A DNA stretch of 64,000 nucleotides from an uncultured Candidatus Rokubacteria bacterium (GCA_963754315.1 CAVWFS010000007.1:224001-288000), one strand, 5' to 3'; positions 1 to 10,489 are shown, counted from the stretch's first letter. Notes: generated by a model not told the origin, from the letters alone. Made by a program: numbers and translations.

Positions 1-25
1 GGGGCTGTGTTAAGGTGCCTTCGCT

Positions 26-907
26 CTGAAGGACCTGCGCCGCCCGATCGACGCCAAAGCTGTCGCGGTCGCCCTGCTCTTGTCTTTGCTCTGGGGCGCC
101 AACCCGGTGGCTATCAAGGTCGGACTCGCCGACATGCCACCTCTGCGCCTGGCCTGGATGCGCTTCGTGGTGGGGGCGGTGGTGGTTCTAGGGTGGGCGT
201 GGGCGACGCGGCGCTTGCGCAACGTGCGGGTCGACCCGGGCGAGATCCGACCCCTTGCCGTGCTGGGCCTCATCTTCACCGCGCAGGTGGCCACCATGAA
301 CGTCGGGACGGCCCTCACCAGCGCCGCCGACTCCGCCATCCTGCTGAACCTGTACGCGGTTCACACCGTCGTGCTGTCCCATTTCATGATCCCTGGGGAT
401 CGCCTCACCCTTGGGCGCTCGGCGGGTGTGCTGGTGGGCTATGCGGGCATCGTGTTGCTCTTCGCTCCGCAGGCGGAAGCAGGGTCCTCGACCTTGCTCG
501 GCAACGCCATGATGTTCGTGAGTTCGCTCCTACTCGCCGAGCGTACGGTGTACATGGCGCGCGAGATCCATCGCCTCGAACCGGTGACCTTGCTCCTGTC
601 CCAGTTCGCCGTCGGATGCGCATTCTTCGTGGCTCTTTCGGCCGTCTTCGAGTCCGCGCCCACCCGCTGGACGTGGTCGTTGGTCGCCGTACTCGTCTTC
701 CAGGGAGCGGTCATCGCCGGCTTCAACTTCATCGCCAACCTCTGGCTCCTGCGGCACTACCATCCCGGCGCCCTCGCTCCGTTCTTCCTTACCCAGCCCA
801 TCTTCGGCGTCCTTCTCGCCAACGTCGTGACTGGAGACCCCCTCACCTTTGAGCTCATCCTGGCAAGCCTCGCGGTGGCAGCCGGGATCGGTCTCACCAC
901 CCGCTGA
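26..907 (+). CDS. EamA/DMT-family transporter
   Basis: About 10 hydrophobic segments in two repeats, with LLWG..N, P....A..R and TQP.FG motifs. The frame is open from a CTG at 26 (ORF track start is 80), so the start is uncertain. Confidence 0.85.
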   Translation: MKDLRRPIDAKAVAVALLLSLLWGANPVAIKVGLADMPPLRLAWMRFVVGAVVVLGWAWATRRLRNVRVDPGEIRPLAVLGLIFTAQVATMNVGTALTSAADSAILLNLYAVHTVVLSHFMIPGDRLTLGRSAGVLVGYAGIVLLFAPQAEAGSSTLLGNAMMFVSSLLLAERTVYMAREIHRLEPVTLLLSQFAVGCAFFVALSAVFESAPTRWTWSLVAVLVFQGAVIAGFNFIANLWLLRHYHPGALAPFFLTQPIFGVLLANVVTGDPLTFELILASLAVAAGIGLTTR

Positions 908-933
908 TACACCGGGGAGGACTGGAAAAACCC

Positions 934-942
934 TGATATGCT
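934..942 (+). promoter_or_regulatory. Extended -10 element (TGaTATGCT) 6 nt before the queF ATG; probable leaderless promoter
   Basis: TGnTATGCT at 934-942, ATG at 949, and no SD motif between them. Confidence 0.45.
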
Positions 943-948
943 GGGTGT

Positions 949-1314
949 ATGCCGAGCCAGCCCTCGAAGTCGCTCGAGGTTGTTCCCAACCTGCATCCCG
1001 ATCGCGATTATGAGATCAGCATGGCCGTTCCCGAGTTCACCTGCCTTTGCCCTCTGACGGGGCAGCCGGACTTCGCGACCCTTCGGATCCGCTATGTGCC
1101 TGATCAGCATCTGGTTGAGCTCAAATCGCTGAAGCTCTACGTGTGGTCCTACCGAGACCAGGGCGCGTTTCACGAGGACGTGACCAACCGGATTCTGAAC
1201 GACCTGGTGACCGCGACGCGACCGCGCTGGATGGAAGTGATCGGCGACTTCAATGTTCGGGGCGGCATCAAGACGGAGATCCGAGCGACCTACGGTAAGC
1301 GGCCCGAGATCTGA
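949..1314 (+). CDS. queF: NADPH-dependent preQ0 (7-cyano-7-deazaguanine) reductase, unimodular type
   Basis: [16 protein letters not shown] (catalytic Cys/Asp), ELKSLKLY QueF motif, HE and RGGI; 121 aa. Confidence 0.95.
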   Translation: MPSQPSKSLEVVPNLHPDRDYEISMAVPEFTCLCPLTGQPDFATLRIRYVPDQHLVELKSLKLYVWSYRDQGAFHEDVTNRILNDLVTATRPRWMEVIGDFNVRGGIKTEIRATYGKRPEI

Positions 1315-1331
1315 GCACGGCCCGGGCACCC

Positions 1332-2345
1332 TCAGACGGTGATGGCGACCTTGATCGATGCCGGATCGCTGTGGGCGGCGAAGGCGTCGGCGATACGGTT
1401 GAGGCCGAACCGGTGGGTGATCAATGGCTGCGCGCGCACAAGGCCATCGGCGACCAGTCGCATGGCTTCCCCGAATTCGTCCTGGTAGATCATCGACCCC
1501 ATGATGGTGATCTCGCGCCGCACGATACCGAAGAACGCCACCGCCGTTGGATCGTGGGGAAGCCCCGTCAGCACGATCCTCCCCCCGGGCCTCACGAGCT
1601 CGAGCGCGTGGCTGACCGCGGCCGCGGCGCCCGCCGTTTCCACCACAAGATCGATCCCCTCGCGCCCGGCGAAACGTTGGGCCGCCTCGGCGAGTGTCCC
1701 CTCGGTAAGGGCATGCGTGTGCTCGGCGCCCAGCGCGCGCGCGAGGGGAAAGCGGCGCGTGCTGCGGCTCACCACCATGACGCGGGCGCCCCGCGCGCGC
1801 AGGACTTGCACGGCCAGCAAGCCTAAGGTGCCGCCCCCCACGACGGCCGCCGACTCGCCTGGCCGCGGGGCACCACGGCCTACTGCACGTGTTACCACCG
1901 CGAGGGGCTCCGTCAGGAGCAGGTCCTCGTCCGAGACGACAGCGGGGACCGGCCAGCAGCACCGCTCCGGCGCCTTCACCAACTCCGCGAAGCCGCCGTC
2001 GACGTCGATACCGATCGCCACCCGGCCCAGGCAGAGGTTGCGATTGCCTTCCGCGCAGAGAGGACACCGGCCGCACGAGAAGTTCGGCTCGAGCGCCACC
2101 CGGACACCGGGCCGCACACGCCGCACGTCAGCTCCGACTGCTTCCACCACCCCGAGCAGCTCATGGCCCATGATGCGCGGGTACCGTACGGGCCGATCCC
2201 CCGTCCAAATGCTGTAGTCGGTTCCGCAGAGCCCAGCCAAGGTGACCCGGACGAGGACGTCGCCAGGATCGAGGCTCGCCGGGGAGGTTTCCTCGACCCG
2301 GAGGTCGTGCGGTCCGTACAGGACGGCAGCTCTCACGCTTGTCAA
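1332..2345 (-). CDS. Zn-dependent alcohol dehydrogenase (threonine/sorbitol dehydrogenase-like MDR)
   Basis: GLCGTD, GHE, structural Zn site CGRCPLC...C and GGGTLG Rossmann motif. Confidence 0.9.
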   Translation of the reverse strand: MTSVRAAVLYGPHDLRVEETSPASLDPGDVLVRVTLAGLCGTDYSIWTGDRPVRYPRIMGHELLGVVEAVGADVRRVRPGVRVALEPNFSCGRCPLCAEGNRNLCLGRVAIGIDVDGGFAELVKAPERCCWPVPAVVSDEDLLLTEPLAVVTRAVGRGAPRPGESAAVVGGGTLGLLAVQVLRARGARVMVVSRSTRRFPLARALGAEHTHALTEGTLAEAAQRFAGREGIDLVVETAGAAAAVSHALELVRPGGRIVLTGLPHDPTAVAFFGIVRREITIMGSMIYQDEFGEAMRLVADGLVRAQPLITHRFGLNRIADAFAAHSDPASIKVAITV

Positions 2346-2372
2346 TCTACGTGACGTTGAGCGCGAGTGCCA

Positions 2373-3131
2373 TCAGGCCGCGGAATGACCACCGTCGAGA
2401 AACAGGGTCTGGCCCGTCATGAAGTCCGAAGCGGGCGAGGCCAAGTACACGGCCAGGGGACCGATCTCCTCCAGCCGACCGGTGCGCCGGGCGGGCACGT
2501 CGCGTACGAGGCGGTCGTGGATGCGCGGGTCCGAGAAGGCCGCCTGGTTCATGTCCGTCACGAACCAGCCGGGCGCGATGGCATTGACCTGGATATTGTG
2601 CCGGGCCCACTCCACGCCGAGCGCGCGCGTCAGCGCCGCCACTCCGCCCTTGCTGGCCCCGTAGGCGGTGTAGCCCGGCAGGCCCACCGCCCCCAGCACC
2701 GAGGCGAGGTTGATCACCTTGCCCGAGCGCTGGGCCACCAGATACGGCGCCGCCGCGCGGCAGCCGTGAAAGACGCCCGTCAGGTTCACGTCGAGAACCT
2801 CTCGCCACTGCTCGGATGACATCTCCGCCAACGGGACGACCTTGGCAATGCCCGAGTTGTTCACCACGATGTCCAGGCGACCGAGCTCGGCGACCGTGCG
2901 TCGCATGAGTCCTTCCACGTCCTCCCACCGCCTCACGTCCGTGGGCACCACCAGGGCGCGCCCTCCGGCGTCGACGACGGCCTGGGCGCTCTCCTCCAGA
3001 TGCGGCTCGGACCGCGCCGCCAAACATACCGCCGCGCCCGCCGCCGCCAGCGCGATGGCGACGGCCTTGCCGAGGCCCCGGCTGGCGCCGGTGACCACGG
3101 CGACCCTGCCCGTCAAAGGCTGATGCGTCAC
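2373..3131 (-). CDS. Short-chain dehydrogenase/reductase
   Basis: TGASRGLG, NNSG, YGASK. GTG start at 3131 overlaps the upstream stop. Confidence 0.9.
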   Translation of the reverse strand: MTHQPLTGRVAVVTGASRGLGKAVAIALAAAGAAVCLAARSEPHLEESAQAVVDAGGRALVVPTDVRRWEDVEGLMRRTVAELGRLDIVVNNSGIAKVVPLAEMSSEQWREVLDVNLTGVFHGCRAAAPYLVAQRSGKVINLASVLGAVGLPGYTAYGASKGGVAALTRALGVEWARHNIQVNAIAPGWFVTDMNQAAFSDPRIHDRLVRDVPARRTGRLEEIGPLAVYLASPASDFMTGQTLFLDGGHSAA

Positions 3132-3713
3132 GGGGGTTGGTCCCTCGCCGCGAGGGCCCGCAGGAAGTTCAATCGGATCTCGTCGGGACGCTCCGAGTAG
3201 GCGGGCACCGGCTCGTGGGGATCGAAGGCCGTGCTGAGCACGAGCAAGCGTGGCCCGGGTTTCTGGCCGATCTCGGCCAGGACTCCCTGCAATGCGTCGG
3301 CATCTTCCACACGGGCCACCTCCGTCATGCCGGCTGCCCTCCCGGCAGCGACCCAATCCACCAAGACGGGCGGCAGAGCCTGTCCTCCCGAGGACTCATA
3401 GTGGAGGTTCTCGAACAGCAGGATGGTGAGGTTGGTGGCGCGGGCGGCCGCCGCCGTGGCCAGGGTACCGAGATTCATCAAGAGTGAGCCGTCACCCTCG
3501 AGGGCAATCACCCCCATCTGTGGCCTCGCGAGCGCCATGCCGAGCGCGAGTGGAATGGCAGCGCCCATGGCATCGCAGAGTGCGACGTACGGTACCGGCA
3601 CCTCCAGATGCGGGCAGGTACCGGGCGTTGGCGCCGAGACCGGCCACGAGCAGGTCACGCTCCGGATCGAGTGCTCGCACGAGGGTTTCGAGATAGTGCC
3701 TCCGCGGCGTCAT
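3128..3713 (-). CDS. TPP-dependent decarboxylase beta subunit (ComE/phosphonopyruvate decarboxylase-like); frameshift near 3613
   Basis: GDGSLLMNLG...N..Y.SSGGQ TPP motif. The N-terminus MTPRRHYLETL...ANARYLP (ATG 3713) lies in another frame and joins if one C is removed near 3613. Confidence 0.8.
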
Positions 3714-4231
3714 GCGAGATCCTCCGCGCTGAAGAGCAAGGCGAAGGGGCTCTGAGTCTCTCGGACGAACTCGAGACCCTGGCCGATCTGCTCGGCCACC
3801 CGGTTTGGGCCGCCTGCGCGCGCGTACGGAATGCGCCAGGCGGCCAAGGTAGGCTCGGTCACCGCCCCCTTGGGCGCGTGGTAGTAGATCGGATCGCGCG
3901 CCTCGCCGCGGTACGAGACCAGCATGAAGCACGGCAGGCGGTACAGATGCACGAGCGAGCCGATCACCGCGCCGCAGTTGAGCAGCCCCGCGTTCTGGAT
4001 CACCACCGCCGCCCGCGTCCCCACGAGCTCCGCCCCGCACGCCACCGCCACGGCCTCTTCCTCTCGGGCCACGTCGATCACTCGCAGACGAGGGGATTCC
4101 CTCATGACTGCCATCAGCCAGCCGATCCACGTGTCGGGCACGGAAGGCACGAGGGCGACTCCGGCGTTCTCCAGGGCGCTCACGATCCGCCGTGCCCCCT
4201 GGCGCGCGACGACCTCACCGCCGGCCATCAC
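3710..4231 (-). CDS. TPP-dependent decarboxylase alpha subunit (ComD-like)
   Basis: SVPD, REEEAVAVACG, IQNAGLLN and SYRG motifs typical of the sulfopyruvate/phosphonopyruvate decarboxylase alpha subunit. Confidence 0.85.
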   Translation of the reverse strand: MMAGGEVVARQGARRIVSALENAGVALVPSVPDTWIGWLMAVMRESPRLRVIDVAREEEAVAVACGAELVGTRAAVVIQNAGLLNCGAVIGSLVHLYRLPCFMLVSYRGEARDPIYYHAPKGAVTEPTLAAWRIPYARAGGPNRVAEQIGQGLEFVRETQSPFALLFSAEDLA

Positions 4232-5268
4232 CGGACCTCGAGGAAAGCATTGGGGGGTAAGCGGACGGCCACCGAGTCGCCCGCTTGAAGGTTCGTTTCT
4301 CCCCGTACTGTGGCCAGGATGCGGGTACCGCCAGCAATGTCCAGCCTCACCTCACTATGATCCCCGAGATACATGACGCTCACGACCTTAGCCGTCAGGG
4401 CATCATGCCCCGCACTCGGCAACTCGATCCGTTCCGGCCGGATCAGCAACTGCATCCCCTCGCCGGCTCTGAGGGCCCGAGGCAGGTGGAGGGCGAGGCG
4501 GACTCCCCCGGTGAGCTCGACCGTCTCACGATCGACCGCCACCCCTTCCACCACGCTCGAGGCGCCGATGAAATCAGCGACGAAGCGGGTGGCCGGGCGT
4601 TCGTAGATGTCGCGCGGGCGACCGAGCTGCTCGACCTTGCCGGCCTTCATCACGGCGATGCGATCGGAGAGCCCGAGGGCCTCGTGCTGATCGTGGGTCA
4701 CGAACACCGTGGTGATCCCGACTCGACGCTGGATCTCTCGCAGCTCGGCCCGCATTTCCTCGCGGAGCTTGCGGTCGAGGGCGGCCAGAGGTTCGTCGAG
4801 GAGGAGCACGCGCGGGCGGATCACGAGGGCTCGCGCCAGCGCCACCCGCTGCTGCATACCGCCCGAGAGCGCGGCAGGTCGCGTGGCCCCGGCTCCGGGT
4901 AGCCTGACGAGAGACAGGGCCTCGGCGACCCGAGCCGCGATATCTCGCCGGGGCACACGTCGCTCCCGCAGGCCGAAGGCGACGTTATCGGCGACCGTCA
5001 TGTGCGGGAATAGCGCGTACGACTGGAACACGACCCCAAGACCGCGCTGGTATGGGGGCTGATCGGTGATGTCCGCGCCATCGATGAGCACACGGCCGCG
5101 ATCCGGCGCCACGAACCCGGCCAGGACGTTGAGGGTGGTCGTCTTGCCACAGCCTGATGGCCCGAGCAGGGCCAGGAACTCGCCCTCCTCCACAGTGAGG
5201 TCTATGTCGTCGAGGGCGCGCAGGGCACCGAAGTGCTTCGAGACGCCTTGAAGCCTCACCACACTCAT
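4228..5268 (-). CDS. ABC transporter ATPase, PotA-like with TOBE domain
   Basis: GPSGCGKT, LSGGMQQR, LLLDEP, VTHDQ. Confidence 0.93.
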   Translation of the reverse strand: MSVVRLQGVSKHFGALRALDDIDLTVEEGEFLALLGPSGCGKTTTLNVLAGFVAPDRGRVLIDGADITDQPPYQRGLGVVFQSYALFPHMTVADNVAFGLRERRVPRRDIAARVAEALSLVRLPGAGATRPAALSGGMQQRVALARALVIRPRVLLLDEPLAALDRKLREEMRAELREIQRRVGITTVFVTHDQHEALGLSDRIAVMKAGKVEQLGRPRDIYERPATRFVADFIGASSVVEGVAVDRETVELTGGVRLALHLPRALRAGEGMQLLIRPERIELPSAGHDALTAKVVSVMYLGDHSEVRLDIAGGTRILATVRGETNLQAGDSVAVRLPPNAFLEVR

Positions 5269-5271
5269 GGT

Positions 5272-6054
5272 CTAGTCGTGCTCCTCGATCTGGAAGACGC
5301 GAGACAAATTCAGGTACCGGTCGGCGACCACCACGCCGACCAGGGTGGCCCCGATGAAGATCACCGAGACAGCGGCCATGGTTGGATCCGTGTAGTTGAC
5401 CACGTAGGTGAACATGGCCACCGGCAGAATCTCGGTCACGCGCGTGGAAATGAAGAGGGAAACCACGAACTCGTTGACGGAGACGATGAGGGCGAAGAGA
5501 AATGCGGCGAACAGCCCCGGCCGCAGCAGGGGCAGGGTCACCCGGCGAAAGACGCGCCACGGGCTGGCGCCCAGGCTGGCCGCTGCCCGTTCGAGCAACG
5601 GATCGAGATTGGCCACGCTCACGCTCACCGAGCGCACCACGAAGGGCAAGACGACGATCACGTGGGCCACGATGAGCACCACCCGGCTGGTGAGCACGCC
5701 GAGCGCGGCAGCCAGGATGAGCATTCCGAGTCCCGCCGCCACGCCGGGGATCACCAGGGGCGACAGAAGGATGGCCGTCCACAGGGCCGGCCTGCGCACC
5801 CGTCCACGCCCAAGGGCCAGGGCGGCCGCCGTGCCCAGAGGCAGGGCCACGAGGGCGCTGAGACCGGTCACGAAGACGCTGTTGAGAGCGGCCCGTTGAA
5901 ATTGTGGATAGCTGAGCGCATTCACGTACCAGCGCAGCGACCAGCCCGCGGGCGGGAACGACATGATCTCAGTCGGATTGAACGAGGCGACCAGCACGAT
6001 GACGGTCGGCAGGGTCATGAACGCCAGCAAGGCCACCACGAGCACCCGTGTCAT
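5272..6054 (-). CDS. ABC transporter permease (PotC-like)
   Basis: Hydrophobic, with EAA loop ERAAASLGA. ATG at 6054. Confidence 0.9.
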   Translation of the reverse strand: MTRVLVVALLAFMTLPTVIVLVASFNPTEIMSFPPAGWSLRWYVNALSYPQFQRAALNSVFVTGLSALVALPLGTAAALALGRGRVRRPALWTAILLSPLVIPGVAAGLGMLILAAALGVLTSRVVLIVAHVIVVLPFVVRSVSVSVANLDPLLERAAASLGASPWRVFRRVTLPLLRPGLFAAFLFALIVSVNEFVVSLFISTRVTEILPVAMFTYVVNYTDPTMAAVSVIFIGATLVGVVVADRYLNLSRVFQIEEHD

Positions 6055-6848
6055 CACGGGCTGACCCGCGCGAGCCACCGGCTGGCCCCGCCCAGTAGGC
6101 CAAAGGTCAGGATGAGCGCAACCGCCGCAAAGGCGGCGCTGCCGGGCCAGTTGAAGGAGTCGAGGGCCAGATCCTTGACCACGTTGGCGATCATCTTGAC
6201 CCGTCCACCTCCCAGCAACTCTGGCGTGGCAAAAGCGCTGAAGGTCCAGGCGAACACCACGAGAGAGCCCGAGGCAATCCCCGGACGGGAGAGGGGCAGA
6301 GTCACCCTCACGAACGTCCGCCAGGGCCCGGCGCCGAGACTCGCCGCGGCACGCTCATAGGCAGGCTCGATGTGGCTGATGGCGGCGGCCAGGATCAGGA
6401 TCATGGTCGGCATCGAGAAGTGCACGAGCCCGATGAGGACCCCTGAGGGTTCGAAGAGGAGCTTCACCGGCCAGCGCACGAAAGAGTTGCCGAGCACCAG
6501 CATCCAGGCGTACGTGCGAACGATGGCGCCCGTGAAGAACGGCGCCAGGGTGAGGACCAGGATGAGCGAGCGCGTCCGGCGTGAGCGGGTCCGCGCGAGC
6601 GCGTAGGCGATCGGGTACGAGGCAAGCAGGGTGAAGATCGTCGTGAGCGCGCTCAGGACGATGGTGTCGGCGATCACGCGCAGGTACTGTGGTGCCAGCA
6701 CGCCACGAAAGTTGGCCGAGGTCAGGCCGCCCGTTTTCAGCGATCCCGGCACGAACTCGAGGACGCTGTACTGCAGGAGCGCCCCGAGCGCCGCCGCCAG
6801 GACGGCCATCGCGGTGAGGGCGGGAGCCAGCAGGAGACTGCCCCTCAC
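6054..6848 (-). CDS. ABC transporter permease (PotB-like)
   Basis: C-terminal part of ORF 6054..7775: VRTYAW, ERAAASLGA, TPELLGG. GTG at 6848 overlaps the xdh-L stop. Confidence 0.88.
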   Translation of the reverse strand: MRGSLLLAPALTAMAVLAAALGALLQYSVLEFVPGSLKTGGLTSANFRGVLAPQYLRVIADTIVLSALTTIFTLLASYPIAYALARTRSRRTRSLILVLTLAPFFTGAIVRTYAWMLVLGNSFVRWPVKLLFEPSGVLIGLVHFSMPTMILILAAAISHIEPAYERAAASLGAGPWRTFVRVTLPLSRPGIASGSLVVFAWTFSAFATPELLGGGRVKMIANVVKDLALDSFNWPGSAAFAAVALILTFGLLGGASRWLARVSP

Positions 6849-9148
6849 GGTCCGAGCAAGCCAAGGGCCCGGGCCACCCGCTCGGCCGTGATGGGCAAGG
6901 TCGTCACCCTGACCCCGGTGGCATCCGCAATCGCGTTGGCCAGCGCCGCTGCCGGCGGGCCGATAGGCGGCTCGCCGATACCGCGCGCTCCGAAAGGCCC
7001 CAACCCCTCGCCGCTCTCGAGAATGATCGTCTCGATATCGGGGATGTCGGTCGCGCTCGGGATCAGGTACGAGGCAAATGATGTCGTGAGGTTGATCCCG
7101 TTCTCGAGGAGGATCTCCTCCATCAGGCCGTAGCCGAGTCCCTGAACGGCGCCCCCTTGGATCTGCCCGGACACACTTTGAGGATTGATGGCGCGGCCCA
7201 CGTCGTGAGCGGCGACATGCTTGCGCACGCGCACCAGCCCGGTCTCCAAATCGACCTCGACCTCTACCGCGTGCGCCCCGAACGTGTAATCCGGAAACAC
7301 CTTCCCCTGACCCCGCTCGAGATCGACCGGCTCGCCGGCGGGAGCGTGGTACACGCCGAGATGACTGCGCGCAACACCGATGCGCGCGCACTGCCGCAGC
7401 ACGTCGATGAGCGGCAGTCGGCGCCCGTCGGGCGCCTCCGCGGTGCTCGCGGCCAGGGTGAGCATGGTCGGCTCGGTCCCGAGCATCGCGGCGGCCACCC
7501 CGAGGATGTGCGTGCGCAGCTCGCGACAGGCCTTGAGCACCGCGTTGCCGGACATGTAGAGCTGCCTGCTGGCCGTCGTGGTTCCGGCCAGCGGAGTCAG
7601 CGCACTGTCGGCGATATGAATGGTCACGTGCTCCAGTTCGACCCCCAGCACCTCGGCCGCGATCTGACAGAGCGAGGAAGCCTGCCCGCCTCCCACGTCC
7701 GGGACGCCGCACCGGATGACGAGGCTGCCGTCCATCTCGAATCCAATCCAGGCGCTCGACCAGTCGTGAAGCCACACGATACGACCGTACGGCTGGAAGT
7801 TGCTGGCCAGACCTCGGCCGATCCGCACGTGTGGCGCCGGTGGCGGCGAGGGCTCGCCAAGCCCAGCCCAGGCCCGCGCGGCCAGCTCGGGCAAGGCCAC
7901 ATGCGTTTCCATCACCTGCCCCACCGGAAGTGTGTCGCCTCGACGGAGCGCGTTGAGAGCGCGGATCTCAACCGGGTCGAGGCGAAGGGCGTGGGCGACT
8001 CGATCGATTTGCGACTCATAGCCGAAGACCATCTGCATCGCCCCGAAGCCGCGCATGGCGCTCGTGGGCGGGTTGTTGGTGTACGCCACGCGTGCATCCA
8101 CTCGCACGTTGGGGACGCGATAAGGTCCGGCCGCGGTCACCGTGGAGTAGAGCAGGACCAGGGCCGACAGGTAGGCATAAGCCCCGGCGTCTGACACGAG
8201 GGAGATGTCGTGGGCGAGAATCTCGCCGGTGGGAGCCGCTGCCGTCCGGTAGCGCATCACGTACGGATGCCGCTTGGCCCGCGCGAGCAGCGATTCCTGG
8301 CGGCTCCAGACCATCTTCACGGGACGGCCGGTGCGGAGGACCAGCAGGCCGAGGTAGACCTCGACGGTCACGTCTTCCTTGCCCCCGAAGCCACCCCCGA
8401 GGTAGGTGCCGATGATCCGCACGCGATTCTGGGGCACCGCCAGCACCTCGGCCACGTCCCGGAAATGCTCGATGACCTGGGTTGAAACACGGATTGTGAT
8501 GACACCGTCGGTGTCGAGCCAGGCGACGCCAGACTCGGGTTCGAGGTAGCTCGAGTCGACGAACTGGGTTCGATACTCCCCTTCCACCACGGTCGCCGCT
8601 CTGGCCAGGGCGGCCTCCACGTCGCCTCGGGTGATCCGCCAGTGGGCAAGCAGATTGGTTCCCTCGTGAACGAGCGGCGCCCCGGGAGCGAGCGCATCCT
8701 CCGGGTCGAAGACGCCAGGGCCCGGCTCGTAGTCGACCTCCACGACCTCGGCGGCGGCTCGCGCTTGTTCCAAGGTTTCGGCGGCCACCAAGGCCACGGG
8801 CTCCCCCTGGTGCCGAACTCGCTTCTCGGCCAGGACGTGCAGGCGCGCCCGCAATGGGCCGACGGCGGTCGTCTGGCCCGGTACGTCCGTCCAGAGCGTG
8901 TTGCGCGGGACGTCGGTTGCGGTGAGCACGACCGCCACCCCGGGCATCGCCAGCGCGCGCTTCGTGCAGAGACGCCCGATGCGCGCGCAGGCGTGCGGCG
9001 AGCGCACGACCACGGCGTGCAGCATGCCCGGCATCGCCCAGTCGGCCGCGTAGGCAGTGGCAGCCTGCACCTTGTCGCGCGCATCGTGACGGACGACTGA
9101 CCGACCGATGATTTGTAGCGACTCCTCGAGGACCCGGGTGTCCGTCAA
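6845..9148 (-). CDS. Xanthine dehydrogenase-family molybdopterin-binding subunit
   Basis: GGGFGGKED, AMRGFG, GQIQGG..QG.G, GARGIGEP (catalytic Glu). Likely TTG start at 9148. Confidence 0.92.
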   Translation of the reverse strand: MTDTRVLEESLQIIGRSVVRHDARDKVQAATAYAADWAMPGMLHAVVVRSPHACARIGRLCTKRALAMPGVAVVLTATDVPRNTLWTDVPGQTTAVGPLRARLHVLAEKRVRHQGEPVALVAAETLEQARAAAEVVEVDYEPGPGVFDPEDALAPGAPLVHEGTNLLAHWRITRGDVEAALARAATVVEGEYRTQFVDSSYLEPESGVAWLDTDGVITIRVSTQVIEHFRDVAEVLAVPQNRVRIIGTYLGGGFGGKEDVTVEVYLGLLVLRTGRPVKMVWSRQESLLARAKRHPYVMRYRTAAAPTGEILAHDISLVSDAGAYAYLSALVLLYSTVTAAGPYRVPNVRVDARVAYTNNPPTSAMRGFGAMQMVFGYESQIDRVAHALRLDPVEIRALNALRRGDTLPVGQVMETHVALPELAARAWAGLGEPSPPPAPHVRIGRGLASNFQPYGRIVWLHDWSSAWIGFEMDGSLVIRCGVPDVGGGQASSLCQIAAEVLGVELEHVTIHIADSALTPLAGTTTASRQLYMSGNAVLKACRELRTHILGVAAAMLGTEPTMLTLAASTAEAPDGRRLPLIDVLRQCARIGVARSHLGVYHAPAGEPVDLERGQGKVFPDYTFGAHAVEVEVDLETGLVRVRKHVAAHDVGRAINPQSVSGQIQGGAVQGLGYGLMEEILLENGINLTTSFASYLIPSATDIPDIETIILESGEGLGPFGARGIGEPPIGPPAAALANAIADATGVRVTTLPITAERVARALGLLGP

Positions 9149-9164
9149 TCTCGGATTCTCTTCG

Positions 9165-9629
9165 TTAGGGGCTCGACCGGGAGACGTAGGCTTCCACCGC
9201 GTCGAGAATCTTCGTGTAGCCGGTGCAGCGACAGAGGTTTCCGGCGAGCGCCTCCCGGATCGCCTCCCGGTGGGGCCGGGGGTGGCGTTGGAGAAAGGCA
9301 ATCGTGGTGAGGAGCATGCCCGGCGTGCAGAAGCCGCACTGGACGGCCCCGTGAGCCAGGAAGGCTTGCTGGAGCGGATGGAGCTCGTCCTGCCTCTGCA
9401 CGCCCCGGAGGGTCAGCACGGTGCGCGCGCGGACGGTTGGGGTCAGGACGAGGCAGCTTGACACCGGGCGCTCGTCCAGAAGCACGGTGCAGGCGCCGCA
9501 GACTCCCTCGTCGCAGCCTTCCTTGGCGTCGAAGTTCCCCAACGTGTCGCGCAAGGTCTCGAGCAACGTTTGGTTTGCCGGCGCCTCGACTTGCCGTGGC
9601 CGCCCATTGAGGATGAAGTCCACGATCAT
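9165..9629 (-). CDS. Xanthine dehydrogenase-family [2Fe-2S] subunit (CoxS-like)
   Basis: KEGCDEGVCGACTV, QCGFCTPG, NLCRCTGY. Confidence 0.95.
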   Translation of the reverse strand: MIVDFILNGRPRQVEAPANQTLLETLRDTLGNFDAKEGCDEGVCGACTVLLDERPVSSCLVLTPTVRARTVLTLRGVQRQDELHPLQQAFLAHGAVQCGFCTPGMLLTTIAFLQRHPRPHREAIREALAGNLCRCTGYTKILDAVEAYVSRSSP

Positions 9630-10489
9630 GGCGCCCCCAGTGCGCGGACGACCGCCCGCCCGAGCGCGCGCCGACTCAGGACCTCGACGAGCAATGATCG
9701 GTAGGCCGATGAGGCGAAGGCATCGGCGTGGGTTGGTACCGTCTCGCGCGCGGCCGAGGCAGCCTGAGCGAATCGTTCCGCGGTTGGCTCCTGACCGACG
9801 AGGATATCCTCCGCGTGATGCGCCCGAAGGGGCTGAGGGCCGATACCCGCATAGGCCAGACGGGCTTCGTCGACGCGGCCTTGCCGGTCGACACCCAGGA
9901 CGACCGCCACCGCGATCAGGGCAAAGTCACCGACGCGGCGTGCCATCTCCTCGATGGCGGTCCCCTTGCCCGCCGTGCGGGGTATCTCGATATCCGTCAA
10001 CAACTCGCTCGGCTCGAGGCTCGTGGTGAGATATCCCGTGAAGAACTGGCGGGCGGCGATCCGCCGCGTGCCGCCCGCGCTACGGGCCGTCAGGTGTGCG
10101 TCCAGCGCCACCATGGCCAACGGAAGCTCGGCGGCCGGGTCGGCGTGAGCGAGGCTCCCGCCCACGGTGCCCAAGGACCGCACGCGCACGTTGCCGATGA
10201 GTCGTGCGGCGGCGACGAGGAGGGGACAGGCGCGCGCGATCTCGGGCGACTCCTCGAGGACGTGGTGACGGACGAGCGCCCCCAGCCTGACCGAATTGTC
10301 GTCGAGCTCGACCCCGTCGAGATCGAGCGCATTGATATCGATGACCAGCCGCGGCTTGGCCAGCCGATAGTTGAGAAGAGGAACGAGGCTTTGACCGCCC
10401 GCCAGCACCTTCGCCTCCGGCCCTTGCTGGGCGAGCAGGGCGAGGGCCTCGTCCATTTGCGCTGGAGCGACATAGTCAAACGGATGCAC
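9626..10489 (-). CDS. Xanthine dehydrogenase-family FAD subunit (CoxM-like)
   Basis: LAGGQSL, GTVGGSLAHADPAAELP, GDFA. Confidence 0.93.
   Translation of the reverse strand: MHPFDYVAPAQMDEALALLAQQGPEAKVLAGGQSLVPLLNYRLAKPRLVIDINALDLDGVELDDNSVRLGALVRHHVLEESPEIARACPLLVAAARLIGNVRVRSLGTVGGSLAHADPAAELPLAMVALDAHLTARSAGGTRRIAARQFFTGYLTTSLEPSELLTDIEIPRTAGKGTAIEEMARRVGDFALIAVAVVLGVDRQGRVDEARLAYAGIGPQPLRAHHAEDILVGQEPTAERFAQAASAARETVPTHADAFASSAYRSLLVEVLSRRALGRAVVRALGAP

Noticed and set aside
908..948. preQ1 riboswitch before queF
   Set aside because: The gap is only 41 nt and lacks the characteristic stem-loop plus A-rich tail arrangement.
3128..4231. Coenzyme M or phosphonate biosynthesis
   Set aside because: No comA/B/C or pepM in the window; the context is uptake and catabolism.
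6845..10489. Aerobic CO dehydrogenase (coxMSL order)
   Set aside because: The large subunit has AMRGFG rather than the AYxCSFR active-site loop, so it is a generic Mo-hydroxylase.
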